Of a DNA stretch of 64,000 bases, positions 58,186 through 64,000 are shown piece by piece. The DNA comes from Candidatus Poribacteria bacterium (GTDB lineage: Bacteria; Poribacteria; WGA-4E; PCPOR2b). The notes beneath the pieces were generated by a model. That model was not told the origin of the DNA, searched no databases, and saw only the letters and a list, made by a program, of their open reading frames with translations. Each line of letters begins with the position of its first letter. The first letter of the stretch is position 1. A program made the position numbers and the translations under genes. The stretch covers positions 2,848,001 through 2,912,000 of the forward strand of contig OZ240245.1 of the NCBI GenBank assembly GCA_965198175.1, written 5' to 3'.

Positions 58186-61017
58186 ATGAAACTTTGGACA
58201 AAACTGTGCTTTGTTGCGTTTCTCTTCTTGCTGATTAACAGTACGTATAAGATTAGCTTCGGAGAACCGACAATATTCTACATTGCGAATGGGTTGATTC
58301 ACATTCTCCTCGGTGTTGCCCTGATCATCCCGTTCATCGGCTTTGCCTACAAGCATTTCGTCGCTTTGGCCGTGGTCGGCAAAAGTGGGATAGTCTTGCT
58401 TGGTATTGGAGCAGTTTCGGGCGGTTACTTGATGTTTGTCGGTGCGACTACACCCTATCGTTGGCTGCTCACCCTCCATATAATCACCGTGACGCTCGGT
58501 ACAATTCTATTTATCGGAGACCTGTTCATCCGTGCAAGACAGCCCACCGCGTCGTATCAGTTGCGGAAAGCGGCGAATGGGGGGGTAGTTGTCCTCGGCA
58601 TCGTGCTCTTCTTTCCAATCGGGGCGAAAATCATCCAGCATTATCTCCCAAACCCAGACTACCTCGTTCAAAATCCGCTGTCTCCGCCAACCAGCATGTA
58701 TGAGGAAGGAGGCGGCACTGATGGTCCGTTTTTCCCCGGCTCCGTCGAGACATACACTGGCAATTTAATCCACAAGGACTTCTTCTTAACCTCCGAAACC
58801 TGTGCCGAGAGTGGGTGTCACTCGGACATCTATGAGCAGTGGAACGAATCAGCGCACCATTTTGCATCCTTCAATAATCAATGGTACCGCAAATCTATTG
58901 TGTACATGCAAGATGTGAACGGAATTCCACCGTCCAAATGGTGCGGCGGGTGTCACGATCTCGCTGTCCTGCTCAACGGCGTGATGGACCGACCAATCCG
59001 CGAAAATTTGCACACCCCTGCCGCACAAGCTGGACTCGCGTGTACAGCTTGTCATTCGATTGAGAAGGTAAAGGATACGATGGGCAACAATGGGTACGTT
59101 ATCAAATATCCCCCTCTTCATGAAATCGCCGCCAGCGACAATCCTGCCATCCGCAAAATCCATAATTACCTCATTCGCCTGGATCCAGAACCACACAAAA
59201 AGAGCTTCCTCAAACCTTTCCATCGCCAGAACACAGCGGAATTCTGCTCAACCTGTCACAAGGTACACCTTGATGAACCCGTCAACAACTTCCGTTGGTT
59301 TCGTGGCTTTAATGACTACGATCAATGGCAATCTAGCGGCGTTTCTCATCAAGGTGCGTTGTCCTTCTACTATCCTGAAAAAGCTAAAAAGTGTACGGAC
59401 TGTCACATGCCGCTTGTTGCCTCAAAAGATGCGGGGAACATTGATGGAAAAGTCCACAATCACCGTTTCCCGGGTGCAAATACGGCGCTGCCCTTTGTCA
59501 ATAAGCATGACGAACAACTCAAGGTTGTCACGGAATTTCTCCAAGACAATCAGGTAACAGTCGATATCTTCTCGTTGAGTCCTGCGACACCGATTAAACT
59601 ATTCAGCGAACCCCGCACTGGCGGTCGTCCTTCCATCTTCAGTATGACGGGCAAAGAAGGCAATGCAGGTCGCGCAGTGGGAACCGTGACAGACGTCGCG
59701 CAGATTACCGCGCCGATTAATCAATCCAATGCGACTGTCAAACGCGGTGAGACAATTCGCATTGATGTAGTTGTTCGCACAAGAGGCGTAGGACACCGAT
59801 TCCCCGCTGGAACCATTGATGCTTTCGATATCTGGGTAGAGTTGAAGGCGACGGACGAAAATGGCAAGATTGTCTTCTGGAACGGGATGATTGAGGCAGA
59901 GGACGGCAATGGTCCCGTTGACGAAAGCGCACACTTCTACCGTGCTTACATGCTGGACGAGCACGGCAATCTTATCAACAAACGCAACGCCTGGGCAACA
60001 CGGACAGTCCTCTACGCACGTACCATCCCACCCGGTGCGGCCGACACGGTTCACTACCGGCTTTCCGTTCCCGCGGATTGTGGAGATAAAATCTACCTGC
60101 ATGCGAAGTTGAATTATCGCAAGTTCAACTGGTGGCACACGCAATGGGCATTCGCAGGAGTTCGAGATCCCGAGGACACCGATTTTAAGCGCGATAAGGG
60201 ATACGATGATGGACGCTGGGTGTTCACTGGAGACACTTCGGATGTCGCCGGCAAAATCAAAGCGATTCCCAACCTGCCAATCGTCACGATGGCAGAGGAC
60301 AAAGCGACGCTTCGCGTGATTGACGCCGATACCAATCCGCCAGAACCTAAAGTAATCGTTGGAAAAAATGACCGCGAGCGCTGGAACGACTATGGCATTG
60401 GTCTCTTCCTTCAAGGGGATCTCAAAGGCGCTGAAGCCGTATTTCGCAAAGTGACCGAGATTGATTCGGAATACATGGACGGCTGGGTGAACATTGCTCG
60501 ATGCCGAATTCGAGAGGGAAACATGAAAGGCGCTGAAGCGGTGCTCCGCAAAGCCTTTGAAATTCAGCAAAATATGTCTCCTGACAATCCGCATCGTGCG
60601 AAAGTGCATTACTTCTATGCCTTGGTCAAAAAGGCGTATGGCGAGTACGATGACGCACTCCGTCAATTGAGGTTCGCTGCTGCACAATTCCCGCGCGACC
60701 GAAGGGTTCGCAATGAGATTGGGCGTCTGCTGTACCTCCAGCGGAAGTACGAAGAAGCGCTTACGGAATTTCAGAAAACCTTGGCAGTTAATCCAGAGGA
60801 TTTGGATGCGCACTACAACATGATGCTCTGCTATCGCGCCCTCAAGAATCAAATGATGGCGGCAAAAGAGGAAAAGTTATACCGGCGATTCAAGGAGGAT
60901 GAATCCGTCGAATCTATTACAGGCGCTGTGCGCCGCACAAATCCCTATGCGAACATCGAACGTCAACAAATTCATGAACACACCTCCGCGTGGGACAAGG
61001 ACAAAACCGTGTACTAA
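58186..61017 (+). CDS. Membrane-anchored multiheme cytochrome c (c554-like) with C-terminal TPR repeats
   Basis: N-terminal TM helices; CAESGCH, CGGCH, CTACH, CSTCH, CTDCH; TPR motifs (WNDYGIGLF, AHYN); start uncertain. Confidence 0.85.
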   Translation: MKLWTKLCFVAFLFLLINSTYKISFGEPTIFYIANGLIHILLGVALIIPFIGFAYKHFVALAVVGKSGIVLLGIGAVSGGYLMFVGATTPYRWLLTLHIITVTLGTILFIGDLFIRARQPTASYQLRKAANGGVVVLGIVLFFPIGAKIIQHYLPNPDYLVQNPLSPPTSMYEEGGGTDGPFFPGSVETYTGNLIHKDFFLTSETCAESGCHSDIYEQWNESAHHFASFNNQWYRKSIVYMQDVNGIPPSKWCGGCHDLAVLLNGVMDRPIRENLHTPAAQAGLACTACHSIEKVKDTMGNNGYVIKYPPLHEIAASDNPAIRKIHNYLIRLDPEPHKKSFLKPFHRQNTAEFCSTCHKVHLDEPVNNFRWFRGFNDYDQWQSSGVSHQGALSFYYPEKAKKCTDCHMPLVASKDAGNIDGKVHNHRFPGANTALPFVNKHDEQLKVVTEFLQDNQVTVDIFSLSPATPIKLFSEPRTGGRPSIFSMTGKEGNAGRAVGTVTDVAQITAPINQSNATVKRGETIRIDVVVRTRGVGHRFPAGTIDAFDIWVELKATDENGKIVFWNGMIEAEDGNGPVDESAHFYRAYMLDEHGNLINKRNAWATRTVLYARTIPPGAADTVHYRLSVPADCGDKIYLHAKLNYRKFNWWHTQWAFAGVRDPEDTDFKRDKGYDDGRWVFTGDTSDVAGKIKAIPNLPIVTMAEDKATLRVIDADTNPPEPKVIVGKNDRERWNDYGIGLFLQGDLKGAEAVFRKVTEIDSEYMDGWVNIARCRIREGNMKGAEAVLRKAFEIQQNMSPDNPHRAKVHYFYALVKKAYGEYDDALRQLRFAAAQFPRDRRVRNEIGRLLYLQRKYEEALTEFQKTLAVNPEDLDAHYNMMLCYRALKNQMMAAKEEKLYRRFKEDESVESITGAVRRTNPYANIERQQIHEHTSAWDKDKTVY

Positions 61018-61212
61018 GTGCTCTGAAGCCCTATCTCGAAAACACCTACCCACTCAAGTTGCTAGAGCGATACGGGATTCAGTCAGATTCGATGAAGTAC
61101 ATCCTTTGCACTTAACCCGTGAAAGTTAGGAAGAAAGAAAAAGCAAAGGATTCGTTAGAATCGCTCTACATAACCGTCTGAGTATCCCATTCCCGTTTAA
61201 CGGAGGTCAAAG

Positions 61213-62160
61213 ATGATAAAAGTCGGCTTTATCGGCGCGGGTCGTCGTGCGCAGAGTAGCCATTACCCATGCGTCGATCGCCTAGACGAGGTCAGCATCG
61301 AGTCTATCGCCGAACTCGACGGAAATCGAATGAAGCAAGTTGTCGAGACATACAACATTCCACGGGCGTTCACAAACTATTTCAGAATGCTCAACGATGT
61401 GGATCTCGACGTTATTTACATCATCATGGGCGAGACGTTCGTAACCCAACCTGCGCTCGACTGCATGAACGCGGGAAAGCATGTGTTTATCGAAAAACCC
61501 GCCGGTGCGAACAGCGATGAAACCCAAGAAATGCTCAATACCGCCATTCGAAATAACGTCTTCTGTATGGTCGGCTATCAACGGCGTTACACTGCAGTGA
61601 CCCAGGAAGCAATGCGGCGAGTAAAAGAAAGGGGTCCCGCAACACTCGCGATAGGAGAATTTCACAAGCTGCTACGCGACGGACCAGGTGCCACCAGCAC
61701 ATTGTGGAACGATGTCTGCCACATCGTAGATCTCGTACGTTATATGGCCGGCAGCAGCGTAGTCGAAGTGCACGCTTATCAAGACAGCCACGCATCAACT
61801 TGGCCGAATTGCTATAACGGTTTGATTCGATTTGCCAACAACGCTGTTGGGATTGTGACCGGGAACCGTTCGTCAGGAGCGCGGTATTTGCGCGCAGAGT
61901 TGCATGGGCTAGGGATTGGCACCTATATGCGAATTCCAGATCAAATCGAAATTTACGAAGACAATAGCGGGCCCCACATCCTATCAGGAGCAGAAATCAG
62001 TGAGACAGATGCTCGCGATGTAGCGAGTTATGAAGGCACATTGGCAATGCACCAGCATTTTGTCCACTGTATTAATAGCGGCGAAACGCCCTGTAGCGAT
62101 ATACGCGATGTCATTCACACCTCAGACCTTGCCGATCAGTTGGAGGGGATGAAGCGCTGA
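61213..62160 (+). CDS. Gfo/Idh/MocA family oxidoreductase
   Basis: IKVGFIGAG, AGKHVFIEKP, VGYQRRY. Confidence 0.9.
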   Translation: MIKVGFIGAGRRAQSSHYPCVDRLDEVSIESIAELDGNRMKQVVETYNIPRAFTNYFRMLNDVDLDVIYIIMGETFVTQPALDCMNAGKHVFIEKPAGANSDETQEMLNTAIRNNVFCMVGYQRRYTAVTQEAMRRVKERGPATLAIGEFHKLLRDGPGATSTLWNDVCHIVDLVRYMAGSSVVEVHAYQDSHASTWPNCYNGLIRFANNAVGIVTGNRSSGARYLRAELHGLGIGTYMRIPDQIEIYEDNSGPHILSGAEISETDARDVASYEGTLAMHQHFVHCINSGETPCSDIRDVIHTSDLADQLEGMKR

Positions 62161-62219
62161 TATCCTTTGGTGCCAGTCCTTTTTGGATCATTAACATCTA
62201 CTATAACGAAGATAACGTC

Positions 62220-63005
62220 TCAAGTCAGGTATTTGCCCGGCGACCGGGTGGGTTCATATTCAGCGTCAGTGCCACGGTGGAGGATAACCTCCGGCACCTC
62301 GTCGGTCCAATAGTTTGGCGCAGTTAACGGTCGAGAGTGCCAGCCCAGCAACAGCGTGCGCCGCTGGGTACTGCGGTTAGCACGCGCTGCATGCAGTACC
62401 CGCCCCTCGCCAATGACGAGAGAACCTGCCTTCGCCGGCACATCCACGGCGTCAGGATGGTCGCAGAACATATATGTGTCGCTCGCTGACACGTGATAGG
62501 CGCCCTGTTCGTGAGCGGGCGTCAGCCGATCGTGTAGCGGAATGCGGCTCAGATGCGTACCCGGAATCACTCGAAAACACCCGTTCTCGACGGTGGTATC
62601 CTCCAGATAATAGGAGAGGAATATATACTGTACCCACGGTGCCACGCTTATCGGGTCGTTCCAACTCATCCAGTCTTGGTGCCAATAGAGTGGCGGTCCA
62701 CCCGGTGGTTTACTGAGGATAATGAATCCGCCGTGCGAACAAAAATCGTCCAGTTGCATCGCCTTTAGCACCTCCCGCGTGGGCTTCCAGTGAATTAGCC
62801 GATCAATTACCGGCTCCGCGCTCCCACGTACTGAAAGGTTAGATCCCTGGTATTTCCATTCTGGGGGGTGTTCTACAGAATCAAGCAACTGGTTCGACGC
62901 CCGCCGCAATTCATTGAGAAAATCCTCGGTCAAGATATTCTCAACCACACAATATCCATCCTTAATCAACTGGCTGCGCTTCTCGAGCGCGACATCATGT
63001 TCCAC
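62220..63005 (-). CDS. Phytanoyl-CoA dioxygenase (PhyH) family protein
   Basis: LYWHQD, ENGCFRVIPGTH, VLHAARAN. Confidence 0.88.
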   Translation of the reverse strand: MEHDVALEKRSQLIKDGYCVVENILTEDFLNELRRASNQLLDSVEHPPEWKYQGSNLSVRGSAEPVIDRLIHWKPTREVLKAMQLDDFCSHGGFIILSKPPGGPPLYWHQDWMSWNDPISVAPWVQYIFLSYYLEDTTVENGCFRVIPGTHLSRIPLHDRLTPAHEQGAYHVSASDTYMFCDHPDAVDVPAKAGSLVIGEGRVLHAARANRSTQRRTLLLGWHSRPLTAPNYWTDEVPEVILHRGTDAEYEPTRSPGKYLT

Positions 63006-63112
63006 GATAGCCTAGATCTCCTGTCATTTGAAGATATTTGTTGCATCTGCCCCTCCGCTCGACTTGCCCCAGGTTAACTGGCAGATACGCACATAGCGGT
63101 TATTAATTTTCA

Positions 63113-64000
63113 TCAATGCGATTCGACGCCAGGATTCTTCTCTTTTCCGGCTTGAATGATTCGGTCCGCAAAGCTGCCAGGGGCGCAAAATTCACGGATG
63201 TTTTGCCTAAACAACGCCGGGGGCACCGCCCAGATTGCCATCCCAAAGTAATCATCGCAAGCTCTAGGAACAGCGCCATCCGGTTTGAAGAAGCCCTGAG
63301 GGAAATCCCAAGCGAAAAGATGCTCTAGCACCAGGTTGCGGAGCATCTGCTCCATGATTTCCGCCGCCACCTCGGGACGTCCCTGATATGCATATTCCGC
63401 TGAAAGAAGCGCGTTGTGCGACGGGAAAATTCCCTCTGAATCGACCGCTCCTGAACTATCCAGACTGCCATCCGGACGCATCGCGTTAGCGGCGCCCACA
63501 GGAATCGGTTTTACGCACAACCGCTCGATTGTATCCAGTGTAGCGTTCAGGCGATCCGCCGGAAAGACCTCCGGTAGTCCCAAAAGGGCGCAACTGAAAG
63601 ACCCCTCTAGCTGATAGGAAAAAACCGTATCCGAGCAATATTCGGTGCCCGGCGCGTTGAACGTATAGTACGATTGAGCGTCCGAATTCCACAGAGTCGC
63701 CTCCATTGCTCGGCTTCCTCTGTCAATCCAATTCCGACATTCATCGGCGAATGCCGTGTCATCAACATGCTCCGCCATTCGCTCCGCAACTCTCAGCGCG
63801 CACAACCAATGTCCCGCTGTATACGACGCATTGCCGCGCCAGTCCCATGAATCGTAAGGCTGGCCCCTGGGAGCGGTGATTGGATCATATGAAACCAATC
63901 CGTCATCGTAGACCGACTGCGTCATATGGAGGCGCATGGCACGCTTGACAGTCGGATAGAATTCACACACCACTTCGTCTTCGCCAGTCCGCTGCCACAT
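63113..64000 (-). CDS. Glycoside hydrolase family 116-like catalytic domain, C-terminal part (gene starts beyond window)
   Basis: QPYDSW, YTAGHWLCAL, LWN...YY, QLEG resemble GH116 (alpha/alpha)6 motifs. Confidence 0.65.
   Translation of the reverse strand: MWQRTGEDEVVCEFYPTVKRAMRLHMTQSVYDDGLVSYDPITAPRGQPYDSWDWRGNASYTAGHWLCALRVAERMAEHVDDTAFADECRNWIDRGSRAMEATLWNSDAQSYYTFNAPGTEYCSDTVFSYQLEGSFSCALLGLPEVFPADRLNATLDTIERLCVKPIPVGAANAMRPDGSLDSSGAVDSEGIFPSHNALLSAEYAYQGRPEVAAEIMEQMLRNLVLEHLFAWDFPQGFFKPDGAVPRACDDYFGMAIWAVPPALFRQNIREFCAPGSFADRIIQAGKEKNPGVESH

Noticed and set aside
59599..60852. 417-aa antisense ORF (also 34945..35724, 31097..31762, 9681..10328)
   Set aside because: Shadow ORFs opposite well-supported genes, with no recognisable motifs

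Overview
Bacterial (diderm) chromosomal window, most likely Candidatus Poribacteria or a close FCB-related lineage. This is an inference from the several PhyH-family dioxygenases and the secreted proteins ending in a P-x(3-5)-[ST]-T-W-[GA]-x-x-K tail. Region 1-14.6 kb is accessory: a type III-like restriction-modification pair with a frameshifted mod, an XRE/ImmA-IrrE + DUF4411-like pair, two SHOCT paralogs, a tyrosine recombinase with a dif-like 11-6-11 site, and many palindromic repeats. Region 14.8-21.3 kb holds TolB/PD40 beta-propeller proteins behind a candidate sigma-54 promoter. Region 23.5-57 kb is a long minus-strand core run: rsmH-ftsL-ftsI-murE-hydrolase-murF-ddl-mraY, lnt, prfB (+1 frameshift), lysS, lolC/E-lolD, ilvE, bamA-skp-lpxD, and hrcA-grpE-dnaK-dnaJ with CIRCE. 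The most striking feature lies directly downstream of bamA-skp-lpxD: an archaeal-type isoprenoid ether-lipid cluster with a second UbiA, DGGGP synthase, ferredoxin, geranylgeranyl reductase and GGGP synthase. The reductase has an in-frame UGA at the conserved active-site Cys (PVR-UGA-AEG) followed by a bacterial SECIS-like hairpin, so it is a probable selenocysteine-containing archaeal-type lipid reductase that the ORF track truncates.
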